Of a DNA stretch of 64,000 nt, positions 47,310 to 55,915 are shown piece after piece. The stretch comes from Candidatus Thorarchaeota archaeon. Its GTDB lineage: Archaea; Asgardarchaeota; Thorarchaeia; Thorarchaeales; Thorarchaeaceae. Position 1 is the stretch's first letter, and each line of letters opens with the position of its first letter. A program made the position numbers and the translations under genes. The DNA lies in NCBI GenBank assembly GCA_011364985.1, contig RDOC01000001.1, forward strand, positions 91,124 to 155,123, read 5' to 3'. The notes beneath the pieces are model-generated. The model worked only from the letters and a program-made list of their open reading frames with translations. It made no database searches and was not told the origin of the DNA.

Positions 47310-48541
47310 TTGACGCCAACGATAAGTGAAAATGCAATTTCTATTGAAGGTCTAACTGGCGACGCCGCCATAGCACATGCCCTGAAGCAATGCGACCTGG
47401 ATGTCCTTGCAGCGTATCCTATTACGCCTCAGATACACTGACCCTCGTGGTCCTTGTAGAGGTAACTATAATCGTAGAAGACTTCCAGAAGTTTGCAGCA
47501 GATGGAGAAGTTCACACAGCAGTTATTCCAGTTGAGTCTGAACACAGTGCAATGAGTGCTTGTGTGGGAGCATCAGCCATTGGAGCCAGAGTTGCTACGG
47601 CCTCAGCATCAGCAGGACTCGCCCTGATGTGGGAAATTCTGTACTGCGCGGCTTCAATGCGAATGCCAATCGTCTTCACTGTGGCAAACCGAGCACTTTC
47701 AGCCCCTATCAACATCCACAATGACCATAGTGATGGAATGGGTATGCGTGATAGCGGCTTTGTGCAGTTGTACTGTCAGTCCTCGCAGGAGGCCTATGAC
47801 ACCACTATTATGGCCTTTAAGTTGGCTGAGGACCACGACGTCCTGCTCCCAGTAATGGTGGGCATTGATGGATTCATTCTCAGTCACAACGTTGAGAGAG
47901 TAGAGATGCTTCCAACAGAGATGGTCCACAAGTTCCTTGGAGTACGCGATCCTGTCCAACCCCTAGACCCGAAGAATCCGATAACCATGGGTCCACTGGC
48001 TCTAACTGACTATTACTTCGAGTTCAAAGAGCAGCAAGACAGGGCAATGTGGCGAGTCCCTGAGGCCTACAAGAAGGTTGAAGAGGAGTTCAAGAAGATC
48101 ACTGGGCGATCCTATGGAATGTTTGAAGATTACAAGACCAAGGATGCTGACATTATCATCCTCGCAATGAGCACCATGGGAGGAACTGCAAAGGCTGTAG
48201 CCGATGTGCTTCGTGAGAAGGGCGAGAAGGTCGGAGTCATTCGACTGAAGATGTTCAGGCCATTCCCATCAGAAGAGATTGCCGAGGCGGTTGGTGATGC
48301 CAAGGCAGTTATGATCTTCGAGAAGGCTATGTCTTTCGGTGCGGTCACAAGCCCTCTTGCCATGGAAGTGAGAAGCGCCCTCTATAATGTTGACAAGCGA
48401 CCAATGGTCGTTGACTTTGTAGTCGGGCTCGGTGGAAGGGATGTGCCCCCGACAACCTTTGTTGAAGGATACGAGAAGACGAAGAGGTATTTGGAGAAAG
48501 GACAAGCTCCACTGTACGAAACCTTGGGGGTGCGAAAATAA
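47310..48541 (+). pseudogene. 2-oxoacid:ferredoxin oxidoreductase alpha subunit, reading frame broken by a 32-nt insertion at 47433-47464
   Basis: From TTG 47310 (GGAGA at 47299-47303) it reads MTPTISENAISIEGLTGDAAIAHALKQCDLDVLAAYPITPQ, then IH and TGA (47439-47441). The body continues in the frame of track ORF 47390..48541 from ACT 47465: TIIVEDFQKFAADGEVHTAVIPVESEHSAMSACVGASAIGARVATASASAGLALM...NRALSAPINIHNDHSD, a canonical alpha subunit. Confidence 0.75.
47430..47442 (+). repeat. 13-nt CAGATACACTGAC, exact direct copy of 33033-33045
   Basis: Read directly from the sequence. It spans the Gln codon of PITPQ and the first 10 nt of the 32-nt insertion. Confidence 0.5.
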
Positions 48542-49491
48542 TGGAAGAAGCAGCTGTATCAATCAAGGACATGCTACAAAAAGACCAAATCCTCTCTTCT
48601 GGCCATAGGATGTGCGCCGGTTGCGCCGCTCCTACAATTGTGAAATTGATGGGCATGGCACTAAGAGGCCCTACAATAGTCTGTGAAGCCACAGGCTGCC
48701 TTGAGGTTGCAACCACAATCTATCCCTTTACTGCGTGGAAGATACCTTGGATACACGTGGCCTTCGAGAACGCCGCAGCGGTGGCCTCTGGTGTCATTGA
48801 GGCTCAGAAGATAATGAGAGAGAAGGACCGTTCTGAGTACGAGCATGTCGACGTTATTGCTATTGGTGGTGATGGTGGAACCTTTGACATTGGATTTGGA
48901 GCAATAAGCGGCATGCTGGAGAGAGGACACGACGTCGTATACATGGTATACGATAATGGTGCCTATCAGAATACTGGAATCCAACGGTCTGGCGCTACAC
49001 TACCCGGACAAGAGACCACAACATCTTGGGCAGGTAAGGTGGAACCTGGCAAGCGACAACGGAAGAAACCCTTGGCTGAGATTGTTGCCGCACACAAGAC
49101 TCCATACGTTGCCACGGTTGACCCATACCACTACAGGGACTTCATCATGAAGTTCAGAAAGGCTTTGGAGGTTGATGGACCAGCGTTCATCCATGCGTTT
49201 TCCCCATGTCCAAGAGGCTGGCGGTCAGATACGTCAAGAAGTATCGAGCTGGCAAAGATGGCTGTTGAGGTTGGAATTCACCCGCTCTACGAAGTCATCG
49301 ACGGAGAAGAATGGATAATGTCAGGACCAAGTAAACGCATCAAAGAGCTCACTCCACTGGAGGAATTCTGGGCACTTCAAGGGCAGTTTCGACACCTGAA
49401 AGACCCCAAGTGGAGTGATTTCAAGAAGGATCTCCAGGACCAAGTCAACCATGATTGGGAACTTCTGAAGAAACGTTGCGGTATCGAATGA
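48541..49491 (+). CDS. 2-oxoacid:ferredoxin oxidoreductase beta subunit (TPP-binding)
   Basis: 316 aa with GHRMCAGCAAP, GCLEV and IGGDGGTFDIGFGAISGMLERGHDVVYMVYDNGAYQNTG. Its ATG overlaps the alpha subunit stop (TAATG). Confidence 0.85.
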   Translation: MEEAAVSIKDMLQKDQILSSGHRMCAGCAAPTIVKLMGMALRGPTIVCEATGCLEVATTIYPFTAWKIPWIHVAFENAAAVASGVIEAQKIMREKDRSEYEHVDVIAIGGDGGTFDIGFGAISGMLERGHDVVYMVYDNGAYQNTGIQRSGATLPGQETTTSWAGKVEPGKRQRKKPLAEIVAAHKTPYVATVDPYHYRDFIMKFRKALEVDGPAFIHAFSPCPRGWRSDTSRSIELAKMAVEVGIHPLYEVIDGEEWIMSGPSKRIKELTPLEEFWALQGQFRHLKDPKWSDFKKDLQDQVNHDWELLKKRCGIE

Positions 49492-49642
49492 CCGCTATGT
49501 TTCAGGGGCGCTCTTGCGCTCCTAATTCTCATTTTTCACGTAATCGCTTACCTCTGGAGACCAGATAACAGACTCAGGAACGCCTGCTGCTTGATACCAG
49601 CACTCACAATGACAAGATAATGATTGGCAATTCACATACGTC

Positions 49643-50806
49643 TTAACCAAGCAAAGCTAGATTCTTCGTCCTTGAGTATAGGCTTCTCAAGGGGTGCAGC
49701 AAGACGAGTAATATCAAGGTTCCCAATACCATTGTGAGAGGCAACAAATAGGCAAGGGGGCTACTGGCTTCTCCAGACTCGAATATGAAAAGCCCGCAAA
49801 TGGAGGCAGTCACAGAAACAAATGCGTACTGGATGATTTCGGTAGGTTTCTCGTCCCACTCAATCCGCCTTATTCGATAATAGAGAACACCTGAAGCAAG
49901 CAGAATTGCAAGCCCGTAAGAACCAAGCATGGGCAAAATTGATTCCCAGACATACTGCGACGCAAACAGGCCTGCTAGGGCTGAAACTAATAGACCGAGA
50001 CCCCAGAGGAAGATATAGCTTCGCCCATGCTCTTCAAGCTGTTCTTCTACAGAACCGGTGAGCGGCTTGAATACGTGAGCACGAATCTCCTTGTTCCAAA
50101 CTAGAAGACTGATACAAATCGGGCCGAGAAACCCTAACATGATTAACACTCTCGGAGCATTTCTGCTCATAGTTTGCACGAGATAGTCAAGATCTGTTTC
50201 GTATGCTAGCTTTTGAGAGGATAGTGCCAATCGTACAAAGTCCCATTCATTGGAGGAGGTTACATTGAATGTCAATCCCTGCAGAATCCCATCTCTAATC
50301 TCCCATGCCATGAAGAATTCCAAGTTTGGTTCTGTACTGACGGATCCAGTTAGGGTCATTTCACCCCACCACTCCTCTCTAAGTGCAAGAAGGGAAAATT
50401 CACTAAGACGAGTTTCAATCTCAGACCAATATCCAACGGGCATGAAGAACGGCAAACTTGACTCTAGTGGAACCCATCCTTGCCCAACCTGCCGCTCCAC
50501 AGGCACAACTCCAGTAAAGGTGAATATACCTTCGGCTATTGCAGTTGTATTGATGACAGAAGGAGTTTCTGCCACACGTATTCGGAGCTGTGTTGCAGAC
50601 TCTATACCGTAATGAGACAGAAATTCCGTCACAAACGTGTTGCCAGCGTTTATGCAGCTTTCCACATTGTACTGAACCTCATCATACTGCCTTACCATCC
50701 AACCTTGAGACGTCGTTGATGGCGGAAATCCAAAATACACCCAGCAACAAATAAAGGCAACTGAAACCAAGAGCAGTGTGAGCACTTTCTTTGATCTGGT
50801 TTGCAA
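49643..50806 (-). CDS. Hypothetical integral membrane protein
   Basis: 387 aa with an N-terminal TM helix, a ~200-aa probably extracytoplasmic domain and several C-terminal TM helices. Confidence 0.5.
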   Translation of the reverse strand: MQTRSKKVLTLLLVSVAFICCWVYFGFPPSTTSQGWMVRQYDEVQYNVESCINAGNTFVTEFLSHYGIESATQLRIRVAETPSVINTTAIAEGIFTFTGVVPVERQVGQGWVPLESSLPFFMPVGYWSEIETRLSEFSLLALREEWWGEMTLTGSVSTEPNLEFFMAWEIRDGILQGLTFNVTSSNEWDFVRLALSSQKLAYETDLDYLVQTMSRNAPRVLIMLGFLGPICISLLVWNKEIRAHVFKPLTGSVEEQLEEHGRSYIFLWGLGLLVSALAGLFASQYVWESILPMLGSYGLAILLASGVLYYRIRRIEWDEKPTEIIQYAFVSVTASICGLFIFESGEASSPLAYLLPLTMVLGTLILLVLLHPLRSLYSRTKNLALLG

Positions 50807-50887
50807 TACGATGCCTCACTGTGAAGAGAATTCTCATCTTCGTATATCATCTTTGCTGCAAGTGAGTTTGATACCTTGATTGTATCT

Positions 50888-53113
50888 TCATGGACTTACT
50901 CTGATTCGTCCTTTGCCCTTGGCTGTAATCCGCCCAATCATTTTTGCATGTTCTACATGACGTGCTTGGAGATTTCGAAGTAGTAAGTCGCATCGTTTTT
51001 CTGGAACACTGATAAGAAGTCCACCGGAGGTCTGCGCATCAGCCAGCAGGACCCGATCCAATTCTGACAATGCATCGTCAAAATCAACGTGTGGTCTTAC
51101 ATGAGCGAGATTATCAAGAGTGCCACCGGGAACCACGTTCGCGACGGCAAGGTTTCGCGCCTCCTGAAGTATCGGTACATGACTAGCGACAAGTTCAACA
51201 TCTACTTTACTGCCTGCAGCCATTTCTCTTAGGTGTCCCAGAAGCCCAAAACCGGTGATATCGGTACAGGCACTCACGCCAACTTCAATCATGACCTCGG
51301 CGGCGGTCTTGTTGAGTTCAGCCATTATTCGCGTTGCTTCTTCAGCCATAGCCACATCGACAAGACCTCGTTTGATGCCAGTGGCTATAATTCCCAAACC
51401 GATTGGTTTTGTCAAGACAAGCACATCATCGAGCTGAGCAGTACTATTTCGGAGTATCCTGTCAGGGTGAACGAACCCGGTCACTGCCAATCCATACTTT
51501 GGTTCGGTATCGTCAACCGTATGACCACCAACTATGCTGATACCAGCTTCTTTGACCTTATCTTGTGCGCCCCTGATGATATCTTTCAGAACAGATAGTG
51601 GAAGTCTATTTGATGGGAAGCCAACTACGCTCAGAGCAAAAAGCGGTTTTGCACCCATGGCATAAATGTCACTGAGTGAGTTTGCTGCTGATATTGCCCC
51701 GAACCAATATGCGTCATCGACAATAGGAGTGAAAAAGTCAACAGTTTCCACAAGGGCATACTCATCATTTAGTTTGTAGACTGCAGCATCATCAGCGGTC
51801 TCAATGCCTACCAAGACAGAGGCATCAGTTGGAATGGGGAGGTCTCTAAGCACCTCCTCAAGAGCCTGCGGCCGAAGCTTGCAGGCACATCCTAGGCCAT
51901 GAGTATATTGCGTGAGCTTGTACTCTTTTTGTTCATCCGTCTTCGTCACAGAAGCTGTGCTTGCATCGGGCTGAAGTCTTCTAACGGCTTCAGTCACTAT
52001 TGTTGCAGCCTGTTCAATATCCTCTTTGGTTGTATATTTGCCCACAGAAAAACGAATTGTGCCCATTGCCCACTCTAGCGGTACATCCATAGCCTGTAAA
52101 ACCTGAGATACCTCAACCTCCTCTGCATGACAAGCAGCCCCAGCGGATGCAGCGACTCTATCCCCAATCTCAGACAGCAAGGTATTGGCTTCCACATTTC
52201 GAAAACTTAGACTTAGCGTGTTTGGAAGACGCTTCTCAGGATGTCCATTTAGCCTGATCGACTCCTCACCAAGAGCATCAACCAAGTCATTATATAGAAG
52301 GTCCCGCAGTTCCCTGACCTTCTTCATATTCTTCTCAAGGTTGCGGTTTGCAAGCTCACAAGCCTTTCCAAGTCCTACAATTTCAAGAACATTCTCTGTT
52401 CCGGGACGCCGATCAAGCTCATGATTCGCTCCATGCATCAGCTTGCTTAGTTTAGTGCCAGTCCTGACATAGAGTACTCCGATTCCCTTAGGAGCATAGA
52501 GCTTGTGTCCTGCCACCGACAAAAGATCGACATGAAGGTTGTCAACTGCCACAGGGATTTTTCCTACAGACTGCGCAGCATCTGTATGAAAGAGTGCACC
52601 ATTCTCGTGTGCAATCTCCGTCAATTCTGTAATAGGTTGAATAGTTCCAACCTCATTATTGGCATGCATGATAGTTACAAGAATTGTTTCGGAGTCTATC
52701 GCCTTCTCAAGGTCATCTGGATTCACAAGCCCATTCTCATCGACTGGAAGGATAGTGATACGGAAGCCCTGGTCCTTCAACCAATCACAAACCTCAGCAA
52801 CGGCAGGATGTTCAATTGCAGACGTGATTATGTGATTGCCATGTTCTCGTCGGGACATCGCAACGCCCTTGATTGCGTAATTATTGCTCTCAGTTCCCCC
52901 GCTAGTGAAGACAATCTCATGGGCTCTGCAATTAAGAAGGGAGGCAACCTGTGCTCTCGCCTTCTCCACAGCCCTCTTTGCCTTTGCACCATAAAGATGG
53001 CTGCTGGATGGATTTCCGAAATGCTCGTACAGATATGGAGCCATCTCGTCAGCAACTTCCTTGTCAATCGGCGTTGTTGCATTATAGTCTAGATATATGG
53101 GACGGTCAGGCAT
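50888..53113 (-). CDS. selD: Fusion protein: NifS/IscS-like cysteine desulfurase (class V aminotransferase) plus selenophosphate synthetase SelD
   Basis: The N-terminal half has YLDYNATTP, GGTESNN and SVAGHKLYAPKGIGVLY (PLP Lys context). The C-terminal half has KLTQYTHGLGCACKL (the SelD Cys/Lys active-site loop, Cys form) and AIR-synthase-like domains. The track ORF extends to 53206; MPDRPIYLDYN at 53113 is the likelier start. Confidence 0.8.
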   Translation of the reverse strand: MPDRPIYLDYNATTPIDKEVADEMAPYLYEHFGNPSSSHLYGAKAKRAVEKARAQVASLLNCRAHEIVFTSGGTESNNYAIKGVAMSRREHGNHIITSAIEHPAVAEVCDWLKDQGFRITILPVDENGLVNPDDLEKAIDSETILVTIMHANNEVGTIQPITELTEIAHENGALFHTDAAQSVGKIPVAVDNLHVDLLSVAGHKLYAPKGIGVLYVRTGTKLSKLMHGANHELDRRPGTENVLEIVGLGKACELANRNLEKNMKKVRELRDLLYNDLVDALGEESIRLNGHPEKRLPNTLSLSFRNVEANTLLSEIGDRVAASAGAACHAEEVEVSQVLQAMDVPLEWAMGTIRFSVGKYTTKEDIEQAATIVTEAVRRLQPDASTASVTKTDEQKEYKLTQYTHGLGCACKLRPQALEEVLRDLPIPTDASVLVGIETADDAAVYKLNDEYALVETVDFFTPIVDDAYWFGAISAANSLSDIYAMGAKPLFALSVVGFPSNRLPLSVLKDIIRGAQDKVKEAGISIVGGHTVDDTEPKYGLAVTGFVHPDRILRNSTAQLDDVLVLTKPIGLGIIATGIKRGLVDVAMAEEATRIMAELNKTAAEVMIEVGVSACTDITGFGLLGHLREMAAGSKVDVELVASHVPILQEARNLAVANVVPGGTLDNLAHVRPHVDFDDALSELDRVLLADAQTSGGLLISVPEKRCDLLLRNLQARHVEHAKMIGRITAKGKGRIRVSP

Positions 53114-53209
53114 TCTATCTTCAACCCCTATATTGAATTCGGGTCTAGGACCCTCAAAATTCTTTTGAAATGCACAAATGTTATCTTGCTCAGCTCTGGC
53201 GACCATGAA

Positions 53210-54652
53210 TCAAGCTAAGCCAACAAGAAGATGCAGTAGGTCAACAAGCCACAGATAGACTGATTCCCCGTAGAACACAAACAGAAGAAAAGCAGTCCAT
53301 CCAAATACCGCATAGCCTGCGGATATCCATCTATTGCGGGTTCTTGAAAATTGCTTCTTTACAGATTTCATCTCCCTAACCCTTTGCTCGTAGAAGAGAG
53401 CCAGACCATTGTTCGTGATTGCGAGTGCATTTCCTTCTTGGTAGAGGAGGCCGCTTCTCTTTGCAATCTGGATGTGTTTGAATATGCCTTTTTTCTCAAG
53501 GTCCTTGAAGCCAAGCACTGCGTGGACATCAAAATAGCGAAAGCCGAGCTTTACGCCCCGCAGGAATCTCTTGGTTAGCTCTTCTTCTGTCATTGGTTCC
53601 CTAGCTAGCTGTGCCAGTATCCAGTGAGTGATCAGGTCGTCATATTGGTCACTAGCGGCGAGGTGAATTGTGTCCACGCTGAGCTCGCTACCAGCCTGAA
53701 TCAGCTCCCGCAGTGCTTCAATCCCTTCCCAGACAACAATCAGGGCTATGAGAATAGCCACAATTGAATCAACAACATAGATTCCAATCTCGGCAAATAG
53801 CAGTCCGACTAAAACGCCAACGCCAATTTTAATGTGCGAACCATCCTCCTTGGCATCACTAACCAAAGCGAGATTCCCGGTCATCCGTCCAACTAGAGTT
53901 TTGATATAAATTAACATCAGATTCAGCAATATAGAGAGAACTGCTACTACGTAGCCCCAATAACTAGTTGTTATTACTTCCTCTGATAAGAGGCTAATGA
54001 AGGCATTGAACCCAAGTAGAGTTCCTGAGATTAGCATAAACAGCATTATTGTAATTGCACCAAAACGATCCTTGTTGTATTTTAGACTAAGTGCAATTAT
54101 ACCAACAACGATTAGGTCAGTCAGGTTCTCAAATCCATCTGTAATCAATGCATGGCTGGAAATACTAAAGCCAACCCAGAGCTTCACGATGACTAGAAAA
54201 ATAAGGAATAGCGCAGACATCAAGACAGCATTCCGCTCAGTTAGGAATCGCTTCATCCAATAGCTCTGATGCAATAGGTGTCTCCTTGCGGTATGAAGCA
54301 AATCCATGCCTTTTGGAGTGAGTGTGAACCGCCCTTCGTTTTGTTCTATTAATTCTTCATTTGCTCCATGCTGTAGAGCAACATCGATGTCAATTGGCGA
54401 GATTGACAATCGCCCGAGTCTCATGACAAACATCACATCCAATTGGTCATAGAGAGCGGGACGTGTGTCATGACCCTCATAGATTGAGCACAAAACAGCA
54501 TAGACTAGAGTTTCAGCAGGTTCTCCTCGCAAGGTCTGCTTCAACTGACGCTCCTTTTGAGGCGATCTTCGGCTACGTGTTTCTCTTCGAATCTCATCAT
54601 CTGAGAAATTCCAGAGTTCATCTATGTTCTTAGTTGATGTCGATTCGGGCAA
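53210..54652 (-). CDS. Cation diffusion facilitator-like transporter with wHTH-like cytoplasmic extensions (atypical)
   Basis: 480 aa. The central six-TM core has CDF-like motifs (ALITDGFENLTDL, ALVSDAKEDGSHIKIGVGVLVG, VDSIVAILIALIVVWEG). The N-terminal ~130 aa and a post-core segment look like winged-helix modules, and two further hydrophobic helices lie at the extreme C-terminus. Confidence 0.5.
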   Translation of the reverse strand: MPESTSTKNIDELWNFSDDEIRRETRSRRSPQKERQLKQTLRGEPAETLVYAVLCSIYEGHDTRPALYDQLDVMFVMRLGRLSISPIDIDVALQHGANEELIEQNEGRFTLTPKGMDLLHTARRHLLHQSYWMKRFLTERNAVLMSALFLIFLVIVKLWVGFSISSHALITDGFENLTDLIVVGIIALSLKYNKDRFGAITIMLFMLISGTLLGFNAFISLLSEEVITTSYWGYVVAVLSILLNLMLIYIKTLVGRMTGNLALVSDAKEDGSHIKIGVGVLVGLLFAEIGIYVVDSIVAILIALIVVWEGIEALRELIQAGSELSVDTIHLAASDQYDDLITHWILAQLAREPMTEEELTKRFLRGVKLGFRYFDVHAVLGFKDLEKKGIFKHIQIAKRSGLLYQEGNALAITNNGLALFYEQRVREMKSVKKQFSRTRNRWISAGYAVFGWTAFLLFVFYGESVYLWLVDLLHLLVGLA

Positions 54653-54743
54653 AAGGGCATCCTCAAACTTAGAGGCGTCTAACTTTTCTTATAAACTTGC
54701 GCTGAAGTAGAACTTAAGAGAAGATTATACTTCACTTTACTCA

Positions 54744-55556
54744 ATGTTCGAGTCCAAGATATTTGATATTGGAAGACCACTTATAATGGCACATCGAGGA
54801 GACCCCAGTAGTGCACCCGAGAACACCCTACTGGCCATGCAATTCGCTGTAGATGCAGGAGCAGATGTGCTTGAAACAGACCTTCAACTGACGGCCGACA
54901 AGGAATTCGTTTTGTTCCATGATGAAGACCTCCGTCGAATCGCAGGCATGGATGTATCTGTGAACGACTTAACCCTAGAGGAGCTTCGAGAAGTGGATTT
55001 TGGGTATAATTTCACTTTGGATAACGGACACAGCTTCCCCTTTCGTGGTCAAGGTCATACTGCAGTGACTCTTCGAGAAGCACTCGAGGCGTTTCCCAAT
55101 TCTCGTTTCAGTCTTGACATAAGGGATTTGGGCTCTGACGCGCCTCAGATGTTTGCTTCAATTCTCAAGGAGCTAGAAAGAGAAGACTCTGTCATTGTCG
55201 CTTCCTTCACCCCAACGCAGCTGGAGCGCTTCAGAAAGATCATGCCTTCAGTTCCCACGTATGCGCACCCCAAAGAGGTCAGGAATTTCGTTTATGGAAT
55301 GAAGCTGAGATTGCTGCCTTTGTTCTTAAGAAATATCAGATACCGTGCATTTGCAGTTCCCATTAAGTGGAACGGGACAACAGTTGTTAGTCCTCGTTTT
55401 GTCAGCAGTGCCCATAGAAGAAACATTGCTGTCCATGTATGGACAATAAACGACGCCCCAACAATGGAATGGCTTATTGACCTTGACGTAGATGGAATCT
55501 TCACTGATAAACCTAGACTTCTAATAGAAACACTCTCCCGAAGAGGGTTGCTCTAG
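54744..55556 (+). CDS. Glycerophosphodiester phosphodiesterase
   Basis: 270 aa with IMAHRGDPSSAPENTLLAM, DVLETDLQLTADKEFVLFHD and VHVWTIND motifs of the GDPD family. Confidence 0.8.
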   Translation: MFESKIFDIGRPLIMAHRGDPSSAPENTLLAMQFAVDAGADVLETDLQLTADKEFVLFHDEDLRRIAGMDVSVNDLTLEELREVDFGYNFTLDNGHSFPFRGQGHTAVTLREALEAFPNSRFSLDIRDLGSDAPQMFASILKELEREDSVIVASFTPTQLERFRKIMPSVPTYAHPKEVRNFVYGMKLRLLPLFLRNIRYRAFAVPIKWNGTTVVSPRFVSSAHRRNIAVHVWTINDAPTMEWLIDLDVDGIFTDKPRLLIETLSRRGLL

Positions 55557-55689
55557 CAAAGCCATTCGCCTTATGACTGCAAATTCTTGAAGAAAATAGC
55601 CGAAATAGCTTAATATGCAGCGAGAGAAAGCCCCCATTTGGTGGTTCTACCCATCACATATGTGAAGGGACTCGAAATCGCTACGACCA

Positions 55690-55845
55690 ATGTTGGAGAC
55701 CGAATTGATGACATGCCCAGAGTTCAATGCAGAAGAGAATAAGTGCGGAGTAGATGGCTTTCGTTTTTTTGAGGGTATGGTCAAGCCTTGCGAGGCCCCC
55801 GGAATAACGAAGGAAAAATGCCCAAGGTTTGCCATGAAAGGCTGA
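55690..55845 (+). CDS. Possible 51-aa Cys-rich small protein (below ORF-track cutoff)
   Basis: MLETELMTCPEFNAEENKCGVDGFRFFEGMVKPCEAPGITKEKCPRFAMKG has four Cys in two pairs. No family recognised, and it could be spurious. Confidence 0.2.
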   Translation: MLETELMTCPEFNAEENKCGVDGFRFFEGMVKPCEAPGITKEKCPRFAMKG

Positions 55846-55878
55846 CCCAAGCTTATTCTTCTGGAAAAAGAGAAAGAA

Positions 55879-55915
55879 GACTGGACTCAGTGTTGATACG
55901 CACTGAGTCTCAGTC
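55879..55915. other. Long stem-loop: GACTGGACTCAGTG-TTGATACG-CACTGAGTC(T)CAGTC (14 bp with one bulged T)
   Basis: Read directly from the sequence. It lies inside the 1.27-kb ORF-poor gap 55557-56827. Confidence 0.4.

Noticed and set aside
47433-47464. The 32-nt insertion in the alpha subunit as a bulge-helix-bulge archaeal intron.
   Set aside because: The flanks can form CCTC/GAGG and TACA/TGTA helices with one 3-nt bulge (AGA). I could not build the second 3-nt bulge, nor place both splice points in bulges as a canonical BHB motif requires. Left as an open check (RNA-seq), not a call.
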